NCBI GenBank assembly: GCA_963820825.1
Contig: CAWGBN010000008.1
Coordinates: forward strand, 192,001-256,000
Length of the DNA: 64,000 bases
Direction of reading: 5' to 3'
Source: Vulcanimicrobiota bacterium
GTDB lineage: Bacteria > Vulcanimicrobiota > Vulcanimicrobiia > Vulcanimicrobiales > Vulcanimicrobiaceae
Made by a program: the position numbers and the translations under genes. The notes below the pieces were generated by a model. That model was not told where the DNA came from. It ran no database searches and saw only the letters and a list, made by a program, of their open reading frames with translations. Of the stretch, positions 26,987 through 36,181 are shown piece after piece (position 1 is the stretch's first letter; each line of letters starts with the position of its first letter).

Positions 26987-28270
26987 TTAGAGAGCGCCCA
27001 GCTTCTCGTGCGCGGTAGCGACCCCGGCACGCAAGGCCTCGAGCGCGCGATCGACCTCGGCTTCGCTCACGATCAACGGCGGTTCGAGGCGGATGACGCG
27101 CTGCGCGTTGAGCGTCCAGGCGGCGGTGACGCCGCGCTTGAGCATCTCCGGAATGATCCAACCGCCGTATCCCTCGTTCGTTAGTTCGACGCCGACGAGC
27201 AGGCCCAATCCGCGCGCCTCGCGCACGACCGCCGGGTACTCCGCGGCGACAACGCGTGCACCCTCCAATAACTGCTCGCCGCGAACGCGCGCGCGCTGCG
27301 CCAACCCTTCTTCCTCGAGCACGTCCATCGCGGCGATTGCGGCCGCGCAGGCGATCTCGCTTCCGCCGAAGGTCGAGGTGTGCAGCAGCGGCGCCTTTCC
27401 AAACGCGCGATTCCAGGGGCCGGGACGCGCGATGAAGGCTCCCACGGGAACCACTCCGCCCGAGAGACCTTTGGCCAGCGTCATTACGTCGGGAACGACG
27501 TCGTCGCGATTGCACGCAAACCGATAGCCGCAGCGCCCCATTCCCGTCTGAATCTCGTCGGCAATCAAGAGCGCACCGGTTCGGTCGCAGAGCTCTCGCA
27601 CCGCTTTCAGATACCCGGCGGGAGGGACGTGTACGCCTCCTTCGCCCTGCACCGGCTCGACGACGAAGGCGGCCGCGTCGCGCAGCGCCTCCTCGAGCGA
27701 CTCGACCTCGCCGAACGGGAGGCGGACCGAATCGGCGAGCAGCGGACGAAACGGCGTTTGGAAGGTCTCGCGACCGCTCACCGAGAGCGCTCCGAACGTC
27801 TTGCCGTGAAATGCATCGAACGTTCCGACGATCTTCGCGCGTCCGGTCGCCGCTCGCGCGAGCTTGATCGCACCTTCGATCGCTTCGGTTCCGCTGTTAC
27901 ACCAAAACGAGATTTGCAGGTCGCCCGGCGCGAGCTCCGCCAGCCGGCGCGCGGCGCGGCCGAGCAGCACGTTGAACATGGTTTTACCGGAGAGCGAGAT
28001 CCGGTCGAGCTGCAGGCGCACCGCCTCGACGACGCGCGGATGGCAATAACCAAGTGTAAAGACGCCGTATCCTCCGGCGAAATCGAGATACTCCTTGCCG
28101 GTATGATCCCAAATCGTGCAGCCGCGCGCGCGAACCTCGACCGGCGATCCTGAGAGCTTCATTACCCGTGCGAGCGGCGGATTGACGAACTCTTTGTAGT
28201 TCTCGTATACCTCGCGCGCCAGCGCCTCCGGCGTCGGCGCGCCGTAGAGTTCCGTCCGCTCCTCGATCAT
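26987..28270 (-). CDS. class III PLP-dependent aminotransferase (putrescine/acetylornithine aminotransferase-like)
   Basis: CNSGTEAIEGAIK, FHGKT, EPVQGEGG, DEIQTGMGR, LAKGLSGG and HTSTFGG motifs; alternative start GTG 28279. Confidence 0.9.
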   Translation of the reverse strand: MIEERTELYGAPTPEALAREVYENYKEFVNPPLARVMKLSGSPVEVRARGCTIWDHTGKEYLDFAGGYGVFTLGYCHPRVVEAVRLQLDRISLSGKTMFNVLLGRAARRLAELAPGDLQISFWCNSGTEAIEGAIKLARAATGRAKIVGTFDAFHGKTFGALSVSGRETFQTPFRPLLADSVRLPFGEVESLEEALRDAAAFVVEPVQGEGGVHVPPAGYLKAVRELCDRTGALLIADEIQTGMGRCGYRFACNRDDVVPDVMTLAKGLSGGVVPVGAFIARPGPWNRAFGKAPLLHTSTFGGSEIACAAAIAAMDVLEEEGLAQRARVRGEQLLEGARVVAAEYPAVVREARGLGLLVGVELTNEGYGGWIIPEMLKRGVTAAWTLNAQRVIRLEPPLIVSEAEVDRALEALRAGVATAHEKLGAL

Positions 28271-28316
28271 CGCGAGCACTTCGTCATCGCGAACGCAGGG
28301 CGTGAATCGTCAAGAA

Positions 28317-28480
28317 TCCCCCATAGCTCAAATGAGAGCTCGGTATTGACTACACCGCAGATGCGGGTTTGAGTCCCGCCAGGGGCAACCATACTAACTA
28401 CGCATCTTGATGCGGACCAGTCACCCGCGTTAGAGTCGAGGCGTGTAGTCAGTACTGAAGCCCGAGAGCTACAGATTGAC
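28317..28480 (+). ncRNA. unannotated structured RNA with tRNA-like domain (degenerate cloverleaf / permuted tRNA-mimic fold)
   Basis: D-, anticodon- and T-arm-like elements ending ACCA (28317-28391); 16-bp long-range helix 28340-28355/28443-28458 with two G-U pairs; own plus-strand terminator; no plus-strand ORF. Confidence 0.6.
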
Positions 28481-28509
28481 GGGGCCGGAGGAGTCCGGCC
28501 TCGTTTTTT
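28479..28509 (+). terminator. intrinsic terminator (plus strand)
   Basis: GGGGCCGGA-GGAG-TCCGGCCTC followed by GTTTTTT. Confidence 0.8.
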
Positions 28510-28511
28510 AT

Positions 28512-29513
28512 TCATGCGGCGACCAGCGCTTCGGATTCCAAGCACGCGATCGCCCCTTCGATAACGCCCGTTGCTTCCGCGGCGCCATCGATATGCATGA
28601 TGCGCTCGCGCAGCGCCGCCGCGCCCGGGATGCCTTTGAGATAGAGCGCGACGTGCTTGCGCATCTGCGGAACCGCACGCGCTTCGCCGAGCTCGTCGAC
28701 CATCGTGCGGTAATGTACCAGCGCGAATCGCAATCGTTGCGCGGGCGAGGGCAGCGGCAGCGCGGGGCGACCCTCCATGAGATCGCGGATCTGGGTGATG
28801 AGCCATGGATTGCCGAGCGTCGCCCGTCCGAGCATGATCGCATCGGCGCCGCTGGAGCACATGCGCTCGATTGCGCCATGGGCATCGTCGAGATCGCCGT
28901 TGCCGATCACCGGAATATCGACCGCGCACTTGAGCCGCGCTATGTGTTCCCAGTCGGCCTCGCCGCGATAGAACTGTTTTGCCGTGCGCGCGTGCAAGGT
29001 CACCGCTGCGACGCCGGCTCGTTGCGCCCGCCGCGCCACGTCAACGTACACCATTGTGTCTTCGCTCCAGCCGAGCCGCATCTTCATCGTGACGGGACAG
29101 TCGACCGCGGCGACGACCGCGCGCATGATCTCCTCGCAGCGCTGGGGATCGCGCAGACAGGCCGAGCCGCCATTCGTTTTCGTTACCTTCGGCGCCGGGC
29201 AGCCGAAGTTGATGTCGACGATGTCGGCGCCGCACTCCCGAACGACCTTCGCGGCACGTGCCATCGTCTCGGGATCGTCGCCCCAGAGCTGGGTCGCGAC
29301 GGGCTTCTCGAGTCCGTGCTGATCGATCATCTCCATCGTTCGCCGGTTGCCGTACTTCAGCGCGTTCGACGAAACGAATTCGGTGACGGTGAGGCCGAGT
29401 CCAAACGGACGATAGAGCGCGCGCATGGTCCGATTCGTCACGCCGGACATCGGCGCGAGAATCAACGGCGGCCAGACTTCAATTGGACCGATTCTCAGCG
29501 GGGCGAATCCCAT
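28512..29513 (-). CDS. dusB: tRNA-dihydrouridine synthase (DusB family)
   Basis: LAPMSGVT, DINFGCP, VTMKMRLG, LHART and VIGNGD motifs; ATG 29513 preferred because the upstream in-frame ATGs fall inside the MITE. Confidence 0.92.
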   Translation of the reverse strand: MGFAPLRIGPIEVWPPLILAPMSGVTNRTMRALYRPFGLGLTVTEFVSSNALKYGNRRTMEMIDQHGLEKPVATQLWGDDPETMARAAKVVRECGADIVDINFGCPAPKVTKTNGGSACLRDPQRCEEIMRAVVAAVDCPVTMKMRLGWSEDTMVYVDVARRAQRAGVAAVTLHARTAKQFYRGEADWEHIARLKCAVDIPVIGNGDLDDAHGAIERMCSSGADAIMLGRATLGNPWLITQIRDLMEGRPALPLPSPAQRLRFALVHYRTMVDELGEARAVPQMRKHVALYLKGIPGAAALRERIMHIDGAAEATGVIEGAIACLESEALVAA

Positions 29514-29520
29514 TGCGGTA

Positions 29521-29683
29521 GGAGCCTGTAGGGGTATATTCATTTTCGGATTCGATGCCGAGTTTTGTTCGAAGACGAGGCGCGATGAGGGAGCGAAGCC
29601 GCAGCTTCGTGACCGAAGAGCAACGACGTATTCGGGCAAAAGACGGCTCGAAGGCGGAAATGTGACATAATCCTACAGGCTCC
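29521..29683. mobile_element. MITE with terminal inverted repeats and TA target-site duplication
   Basis: TA|GGAGCCTGTAGG...CCTACAGGCTCC|TA; inverted repeats extend imperfectly to ~30 bp; no transposase inside. Confidence 0.7.
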
Positions 29684-30444
29684 TAGACTTTACGGTGAAA
29701 GAGCTCCAATCCCACCAGGCTCAGGTGCGGATCGACGGCCTCGATGACGGGCGTCTGCTTGGCGACCACCTCGGCGAGGCCGCCCGTCGCGACGACGCGC
29801 GCGTCGATTCCCATCTCGGCGCGCAGCCGAGCGACGATCGCTTCGGTTTGGCCGGTAAATCCGTAGACGATCCCGCTCTGGAGCGCCTCGACCGTGTTAC
29901 GGCCAATCGCGCGTGCTGGTGCTTCGAGCGCTACCTGCGGGAGCTTCGCGGTTCGACCGATCAACGCGTCGACCGAGATCGCGATTCCCGGGGCAATCGC
30001 AACGCCGAGGTACTCGCCCGCTCGCGAAACGGCGATGAAGGCGGTAGCCGTACCGAAGCTTACGATGATGAGCGGGGCGCCGAATCGTTCGCGTCCGCCG
30101 AGTGCAGCCGCGACGAGGTCGGCGCCGACCTCCGACGGGTTCTCGGTCGCAATGGTGATCAGCGGCTGCCGCTGCGGTTTCAAGAAGCGCGGCGTCGCGC
30201 CGAAGAAACGCCGGCAGGCCGACTCGAGCACGGGGTCGAGTTGCGGAACGACGCTCGCGATGACGATTGCGTCGATTGCGCTCGGAGCCAGTTCGCTCGC
30301 GGCAAAGAGCTGCGTGAAGAAGACTCCGTATTCGTCGGGCGTGCGACGAAGCTCGGTCGTCACGCGCCACGTCTTGAGCAGGTCGCTCTCGGAGAAACAC
30401 CCGAGTTTCGTCTCGGTGTTGCCGACGTCGATCGCTAGGAGCAT
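29683..30444 (-). CDS. coaX: type III pantothenate kinase
   Basis: LAIDVGNT, ASVVP, VGADL, SFGTAT, IAPG and ATGG motifs. Confidence 0.94.
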   Translation of the reverse strand: MLLAIDVGNTETKLGCFSESDLLKTWRVTTELRRTPDEYGVFFTQLFAASELAPSAIDAIVIASVVPQLDPVLESACRRFFGATPRFLKPQRQPLITIATENPSEVGADLVAAALGGRERFGAPLIIVSFGTATAFIAVSRAGEYLGVAIAPGIAISVDALIGRTAKLPQVALEAPARAIGRNTVEALQSGIVYGFTGQTEAIVARLRAEMGIDARVVATGGLAEVVAKQTPVIEAVDPHLSLVGLELFHRKV

Positions 30445-31622
30445 TTCATCAGTTCCTCCACGGCATCGAGCAGACGCACTGCGAGTTCGTCTTTTTGCGC
30501 GGTGCCGAGCTCGCGGCGTCCCGCGTCGCCCCAGAGCAGAACGAGCGAGTTCTCACCGGTGCCGAAGCCGCGTTCGTCGCGCACGTCGTTGACCGCAATT
30601 GCATCGAGATGCTTACGGTGCAGCTTTGCGCGCGCGCGCGCCTCGTGGTCGTCGGTCTCCGCGGCGAAGCCGACCAAGAACGTCGTGCCTTTTCGCTCGC
30701 CGAGCGAGGCGAGAACGTCGGGGTTCGGAACCAGCTGCACGGTCAAGTCGCCTCCGTTCTTTGCCAGCTTCGAGGCGGAACGCTCCGCGGGACGCCAATC
30801 GGCGACGGCGGCGGCGGCGATCACGAGGTCGGCGCCGGCCGCGTGCCGCAGCGCGGCCTCTTGCAGCTCTTGCGCCGTGGTGACGCGGATCACGCTCACG
30901 CCGGGCGGCGGTTCCAACAGCGTCGGGCCGAGCAGAAGCGTTACCGTTGCGCCGCGCAGCGATGCCTCGCGCGCGAGCGCGATCGCCGTCGCGCCCGTCG
31001 AAGCATTGCTCAAGAAACGAATCGGGTCGAACGGCTCGCGCGTCGGGCCGCCGGTGATCGCGACGCGCTTGCCGCGCAGCGACGCTCGGCGCGCGAGGCT
31101 GCGTTCGATCGCTTCGAGCAAACGCTCCTCGGCGGCGAGCCGCCCGACCCCGCTCTCGCGCTCGGCCAGAAACCCGCGCTCCGGATCGACGAACTCGTAC
31201 CCGCGCGCGCGCAATGCGGCGATATTTGCCTGCGTTACCGGCTCGTCGTACATCGCGGCATTCATCGCCGGGGCGAGGATCCGGGGAATGCGGGCGGCCA
31301 GCAGCGCGGTCGTCAGCAGATCGTCGGCGACTCCGGCCGCGAGTTTGGCGATGATGTTCGCCGTTGCCGGCGCGACGAGCGCGACGTCGGCTTCGCGTAC
31401 GAGCCGAATGTGCGGTATCCGCTCGGGTGAATCCCAGAGGGACGTGTAGACCGGACGTGCGGTGAGCGACGCAAACGTCAGCGGCGTGACGAAGCGTTCG
31501 GCTTCGGCGGTCATCACCACGTCGACGATCGCGCCGCGCTGGACGAGCGTGCTCGTCAACGCCGCCGCCTTGTAGGCGGCGATGCCGCCGCTGACCCCCA
31601 AGAGTATGCGCGCGCCGTTCAT
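30435..31622 (-). CDS. coaBC: phosphopantothenoylcysteine decarboxylase/synthetase
   Basis: GVSGGIAAYKA, APATANIIAK, APAMNAAM, TGGPTRE..DPIRFLSNASTG and VGFAAET motifs; TAATG overlap with panC. Confidence 0.95.
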   Translation of the reverse strand: MNGARILLGVSGGIAAYKAAALTSTLVQRGAIVDVVMTAEAERFVTPLTFASLTARPVYTSLWDSPERIPHIRLVREADVALVAPATANIIAKLAAGVADDLLTTALLAARIPRILAPAMNAAMYDEPVTQANIAALRARGYEFVDPERGFLAERESGVGRLAAEERLLEAIERSLARRASLRGKRVAITGGPTREPFDPIRFLSNASTGATAIALAREASLRGATVTLLLGPTLLEPPPGVSVIRVTTAQELQEAALRHAAGADLVIAAAAVADWRPAERSASKLAKNGGDLTVQLVPNPDVLASLGERKGTTFLVGFAAETDDHEARARAKLHRKHLDAIAVNDVRDERGFGTGENSLVLLWGDAGRRELGTAQKDELAVRLLDAVEELMKCS

Positions 31623-32446
31623 TACGGCATCCACAGATTGTCGATCAGGCGGGTCGCACCGAAACGCGCCGCACCGATGATAAAAGCGGGGTGTTGCAGG
31701 CGCTCGAGCGGCTCGAACGTCTGGGCGTCGACGAGGTCCAAGTAATCGAGCCGCGCCGAGGGGCTCAACGCAGCCTTGCCGACGCCGATCGCCGCGGCTT
31801 TACCGGCTCCGAGCTCGAGCGCTTCGCGCATCGCCAGCAGCGCTGCATGCAACGTCGGCGCTTGCGCGCGCTGCACCGGATCGAGATACGCGTTGCGGCT
31901 CGACATCGCCAGCCCGTCGTGCTCGCGGACCGTCGGGACGACCTCGACGTTCACGGGGAACTCGAGATCGGCGATCATGCGGCGCAAGACGACGCTTTGC
32001 TGCGCGTCCTTCTGCCCGAGGAAGAGCGCGTCGGGCCGCACGACGTTGAGCAGCTTGGCTATCACGGTCGCGACGCCGCGAAAATGACCCGGACGGATCG
32101 CACCTTCGAATGCGGTGCCGAGCGGTCCGACGTCGACGGAGGTGGCAAAACCGTGCGGGTAGAGCGCGGCGGCATCGGGCGCGAAGAGCGCATCGACGCC
32201 GGCGCTCGAGAGCATCGCTGCGTCCGCCTCGGGTTGGCGCGGATACCGCGAGAGGTCCTCGTTCGGACCGAACTGGAGCGGATTGACGAAGATCGATGCC
32301 GCAACGGAGGCGCAATGCCGGCGCGCGCACGCGACGAGTTCGAGGTGCCCGTCGTGGAGGGCGCCCATTGTCGGCACGAATCCCAGCGGCCGCGGCAGCG
32401 CAGCGAAGAGCGCGCGCGCCCGCGCAATGTCAACGACCAGTTCCAT
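31622..32446 (-). CDS. panC: pantoate--beta-alanine ligase
   Basis: VPTMGALHDGH, FVNPLQF, RPGHFRGV, GLAMSSRN and RLIDN motifs. Confidence 0.96.
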   Translation of the reverse strand: MELVVDIARARALFAALPRPLGFVPTMGALHDGHLELVACARRHCASVAASIFVNPLQFGPNEDLSRYPRQPEADAAMLSSAGVDALFAPDAAALYPHGFATSVDVGPLGTAFEGAIRPGHFRGVATVIAKLLNVVRPDALFLGQKDAQQSVVLRRMIADLEFPVNVEVVPTVREHDGLAMSSRNAYLDPVQRAQAPTLHAALLAMREALELGAGKAAAIGVGKAALSPSARLDYLDLVDAQTFEPLERLQHPAFIIGAARFGATRLIDNLWMP

Positions 32447-32452
32447 TGAAGG

Positions 32453-32746
32453 CTACGCGCGCGTCACCCGCAAGATCGTGCGGCCGACGACGAACGGCGC
32501 GCCGACCGCCAGCGGAACCGCTCCGACCACGGGCTTTCCGCCCAGGCGGGTACCGTTGCGGCTGCGCAGGTCGACGAGGCGTATCGAATCCGCCTCGATC
32601 TGAAGGCGGGCGTGCTCGCGGGAGACGTACCGGTCGAGCGCCAGGCAGGCTTCGGCAAGCGCATCGTCCCGGCCGATCGTGATCTCTCGCTCGAACGGCC
32701 AGGTCTTGCCGTCGAGCGGGCCGCTCAGCACTTCGAGCAGGTACAT
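32453..32746 (-). CDS. FHA domain protein
   Basis: IGRD...VSREHA...DLRSRNGT motif set. Confidence 0.85.
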   Translation of the reverse strand: MYLLEVLSGPLDGKTWPFEREITIGRDDALAEACLALDRYVSREHARLQIEADSIRLVDLRSRNGTRLGGKPVVGAVPLAVGAPFVVGRTILRVTRA

Positions 32747-32848
32747 GGCCGCCAGCCCTTCTCTAACGGCTCCGGCCGCTTCCTGGCGAAGAGCCCCCGC
32801 TGGGGAGCGCTAAAAAACGGGTGCCCCCGGCCGATTACTGGGATAGCG

Positions 32849-33064
32849 ATGAAAGACCGAATCGACGACCTTCTCAACCTGATCGAAGTCGAGCCCGACC
32901 GGCTGCACGCAGCCGAGCTTCTGAACGCGCAAGCCTCGCTCGAGCGGCTCGCCGGCAAGACCGTGGCATCGGCAACGGTCGACGAAACGCGCGTCACGAT
33001 CGTCACCGAGGACGGCGTCCGTTATCACTTTTACGGGTTCCTCGGCTTCGAACCGTCTCCGTAG
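32849..33064 (+). CDS. small hypothetical protein
   Basis: MKDRIDDLLNLIEVEPD...YHFYGFLGFEPSP fills the intergenic gap with protein-like composition. Confidence 0.55.
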   Translation: MKDRIDDLLNLIEVEPDRLHAAELLNAQASLERLAGKTVASATVDETRVTIVTEDGVRYHFYGFLGFEPSP

Positions 33065-33067
33065 CGA

Positions 33068-34315
33068 TCACGCTTCGACGGCGCGAGCGGCAAAGAGCGC
33101 GCCCAGATAGGCGTGGGCGGCACTCACGCCGCCCTGCACGTAGACTTCGAACGGCGCGCGCAACGGCGCGTCGCAGGAGAGCTCGACCGTCGCACCGCTG
33201 ACGAACGATCCCGAGGACATCAATACCGGCTCTGCATAGCCAGGCACGGGTCCCGGTTCCGGACGAAACCGCGCGTTCACGGGCATCGCCGCTTGTAATC
33301 CCGCGGCGAAGCGCCGCAGCGCTTGGGGCGAGCCGAGCCGAATCGCCTGCACGATATCGGTACGTCGTGCGCCCGGCGCCGGGTCGACCGCGTAACCGAG
33401 TTCGTCGAAGAGCGCCGCGATAAAGTCGAGGCCGTGCAGCGTCTGCTCGACGATCAGCGGTGCGAGGAAGAGGCCTTGGGCGAGCGCGCGTCCGGTGCCG
33501 AGCGTGGGTCCGAGCGCATCGCCGAGCCCGGGCGCGTAGATCCGGGATGCGACGCGCTCGACGAGATCGGCGCGCCCGGCGACGTAGGCACCGGCCGGCG
33601 CAAGCGATCCGCCGAGATTCTTGATCAGCGAGCCCATGATCAGATCGGCTCCCGCGTGCGACGGCTCTCGTTCCTCGACGAGTTCGCCGTAGCAGTTGTC
33701 GACCAGCACGATCGCGTTGCGCGCGACGCGTTTCACGCGCGCAATCGCTTCCTCACACTCCGCAACGAAGAGCGAGCGGCGCGGCGCGTAACCGCGTGAG
33801 CGCTGAATGAAAACCGTCGCTACATCGGCATGCGCGAGCGCCTCCTCGACCGCACGAAGATCGACGCCGCCGTCGCCGCCGAGCGCGATCTCGCGATACT
33901 CGATGCCGTGACGCACGAGCGCCTCAGGCGCGTCGCAGATCGCGTTGCGCAGCGTATCGTACGGCCGACCCGTAATCGAGAGCAGCACTCGGCCCGGAGG
34001 CGTACAGGCCGCCAGCGACGCGACGATGGCATGCGTGCCGCTGACGATCGAGAGACGCGCGAGCGCGCGTTCGACGCCGAGGATGCGCGCGAGCAACGAC
34101 TCGTAACGGGCCCGGGCCGCGTCGTCGTATCCGTAACCCGTCGATCCGGCGAGGTCGCTCTCGACGATACCCTCGGCAAGAAAGGCGTGAAGCACGGCTC
34201 CGGCAACGCGCCGCTGCGCCTCGTAGACGACCCCTGCAATGCGTGCGTGCGCGGCGAGCGCGGCCTCGCGTATCCGTCCGCCGATCTCGAAGCGTTCGCA
34301 GAGCTCGGCGATCAT
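33068..34315 (-). CDS. methionine gamma-lyase family protein (YnbB / aluminium-resistance-like)
   Basis: STGYGYDD, SGTHAI, GRPYDTL, QRSRGY, VDNCYGE and GSLIKNLGG motifs. Confidence 0.88.
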   Translation of the reverse strand: MIAELCERFEIGGRIREAALAAHARIAGVVYEAQRRVAGAVLHAFLAEGIVESDLAGSTGYGYDDAARARYESLLARILGVERALARLSIVSGTHAIVASLAACTPPGRVLLSITGRPYDTLRNAICDAPEALVRHGIEYREIALGGDGGVDLRAVEEALAHADVATVFIQRSRGYAPRRSLFVAECEEAIARVKRVARNAIVLVDNCYGELVEEREPSHAGADLIMGSLIKNLGGSLAPAGAYVAGRADLVERVASRIYAPGLGDALGPTLGTGRALAQGLFLAPLIVEQTLHGLDFIAALFDELGYAVDPAPGARRTDIVQAIRLGSPQALRRFAAGLQAAMPVNARFRPEPGPVPGYAEPVLMSSGSFVSGATVELSCDAPLRAPFEVYVQGGVSAAHAYLGALFAARAVEA

Positions 34316-35448
34316 GGCGCCTCGGCCGCGACGTGGCGTTCGTAGGCGCGGACGAACGGATACCAAATCACCGTCGCCAGCGCGACGTTGAGTGCGGCGA
34401 GCGCGACGGCACGAAGATCCTGCGTTGCCAGATATGTCGAGACGAACGTTGGAAACGACGATGGCACGTAGAATGCCGCTCGCGATACGAATCCCAACGC
34501 GACCGCCGCATAGGTGACCGTCGCGAGCACGAGCGGCGCTCCGACGAACGGTAGGACGAGATGCGGATTGAAGACGACCGGAGCGGCGAAGAGCAGCGGC
34601 TCGTTGAGATTGAAGAGCGAGGGCAGCAACGTCGCCCGGCCGACGCGCCGCAACCGCGGCACGCGCGAGATCGCCAGCAGTGCGGCGAGCGGAAGCGTCG
34701 CGCCTGCGCCGCCGGGGAAAATGAACAGGAAGAGCGAGACCACCACGATGTACGGCATCGGCGTGTGTACGGTAAACGCGTGCGTGTTCTGCATCTGCAT
34801 CGTCAGGTAGACGGGCGTCACGATCGCGGCGAGCATCGCCGGTCCGTGGACTCCCGCCGTCCACAGGATCGTTTCAATCGCTACGATCACGACGAGCGCG
34901 AGATAGGTGTCGCCGAGCTGCGCGATCGGATGCATCGCCGCCGCGATCGCGCCGGGCAGCGAAAAATGCAGCGCAGCGAGCGCGGCAAACGTGGCGATCG
35001 CGAGCAGCGCGCCGGCATAATCGGCGATCGGCGCCGCTACGCGCAGTCGCGCGAGTGCGATCCACGCGCCGGTGATGCCGCAGGCTAAGATAGCGATGAA
35101 GAGTCCCGATGCGCCGAGGAAGCGGAGATAGGAGATCGGATCGGGACCGAACGGACGCGGGAGTGCCAATGCGAATCCGCCGATGCTTCCGGCGAGCAGC
35201 GCCACCGCGCTATAACGCGTGGCGCGCGCGAGGCGAAGCGGGAGCACGACTTCGAGCGCCGCGGCCATGACCCCGAAAGCCGGCAGCAGCGCTGCAGCGA
35301 CGCGCAACCCAAGCGAAGCGCTCTGCGGCCCGCCCGAGCGCACTTGGAGTACGAGGATTGCAACGAAGGCGGCCGCGAGGCCGATGAAACTCCACGGCAA
35401 CGCTTCGCGAACGGCAATGACGAACGGGAGCTCCCCGAGGCGGCGCAT
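34312..35448 (-). CDS. PTS IIC component, lactose/cellobiose family (orphan)
   Basis: LGASGLFIAI, LWTAGVHG, GGAGATL and FNLNEPLLFAAPVVFNP motifs; start uncertain. Confidence 0.8.
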   Translation of the reverse strand: MRRLGELPFVIAVREALPWSFIGLAAAFVAILVLQVRSGGPQSASLGLRVAAALLPAFGVMAAALEVVLPLRLARATRYSAVALLAGSIGGFALALPRPFGPDPISYLRFLGASGLFIAILACGITGAWIALARLRVAAPIADYAGALLAIATFAALAALHFSLPGAIAAAMHPIAQLGDTYLALVVIVAIETILWTAGVHGPAMLAAIVTPVYLTMQMQNTHAFTVHTPMPYIVVVSLFLFIFPGGAGATLPLAALLAISRVPRLRRVGRATLLPSLFNLNEPLLFAAPVVFNPHLVLPFVGAPLVLATVTYAAVALGFVSRAAFYVPSSFPTFVSTYLATQDLRAVALAALNVALATVIWYPFVRAYERHVAAEAP

Positions 35449-35485
35449 GACCGGCACCGCCCGCGCCTCGAAGGCGCGAAAGGCT

Positions 35486-36106
35486 TTAGACCCGGCGGAC
35501 GACGGCCTCGACACGGCCGACGATCTCGACATCGCTCGCGTAGATTGGCGCCATCGCATGATTCTCCGGCTGCAGCCGGACCCGGCCGGCCTCGCGGTAG
35601 AACCGTTTGACCGTCGCTTCGCCGTCCAGCATCGCGACCACGATCTCGCCGTTCTCGGCGGATCGCTGGGGTCGCACGAGGATCAGATCGCCGTCGAGAA
35701 TCGCCGCCTCGACCATCGAGTCACCCTGGACCCGCAACATGAACGCGTCCGAGGCGCGCGGGACGAAGGCCTGCGGGAGAACGAACTCGCCCTCGATATC
35801 TTCCTGAGCGGTAATCGGCACGCCGGCCGCGACCCGGCCGAGGACCGGCACGACGAGGGCATCGGCGGCCGCCGCCATTCCGGCCGAACGCAAAGCCCGC
35901 GGCTTCGTCGGATCGCGGGAGATCAAGCCGCGCCGCTCGAGCGCCTTGAGGTGAGCGTGGATCGTCGAGGATGAGGAGAGGCCGACGCGTTCGCCGATCT
36001 CCCGGACCGAGGGCGGATACCCGTGTTCGACGGTAAAGGCCCGGATGACGTCGAGAATGCGCCGCTGCCGCTCCGTGGCCGGCTTCTCCATCGTCTCTTT
36101 GCGCAT
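35486..36106 (-). CDS. lexA: SOS repressor LexA
   Basis: GYPPSVREIG, VAAGVP cleavage site, GDSM and EATVKR motifs. Confidence 0.97.
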   Translation of the reverse strand: MRKETMEKPATERQRRILDVIRAFTVEHGYPPSVREIGERVGLSSSSTIHAHLKALERRGLISRDPTKPRALRSAGMAAAADALVVPVLGRVAAGVPITAQEDIEGEFVLPQAFVPRASDAFMLRVQGDSMVEAAILDGDLILVRPQRSAENGEIVVAMLDGEATVKRFYREAGRVRLQPENHAMAPIYASDVEIVGRVEAVVRRV

Positions 36107-36181
36107 ATTCCTCCAACCAAGAATGCCAAGCGTATGGCACTCGCGGCCGGTACAACCCTATCACAAAAACCATGCGCAAGG

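Noticed and set aside
28317..28391. Canonical tRNA-Val(GAC) gene
   Set aside because: The acceptor stem has 3 of 7 mismatches, the D-loop lacks GG, the T-loop is TTTGA rather than TTCGA, position 37 is a pyrimidine and there is an extra base before CCA. Reported as a tRNA-like ncRNA instead.
28317..28509. tmRNA (normal or permuted) or SRP RNA
   Set aside because: No Ala-type acceptor (GGGG.../G3-U70), no room for a tag reading frame, and no SRP helix-8 motif
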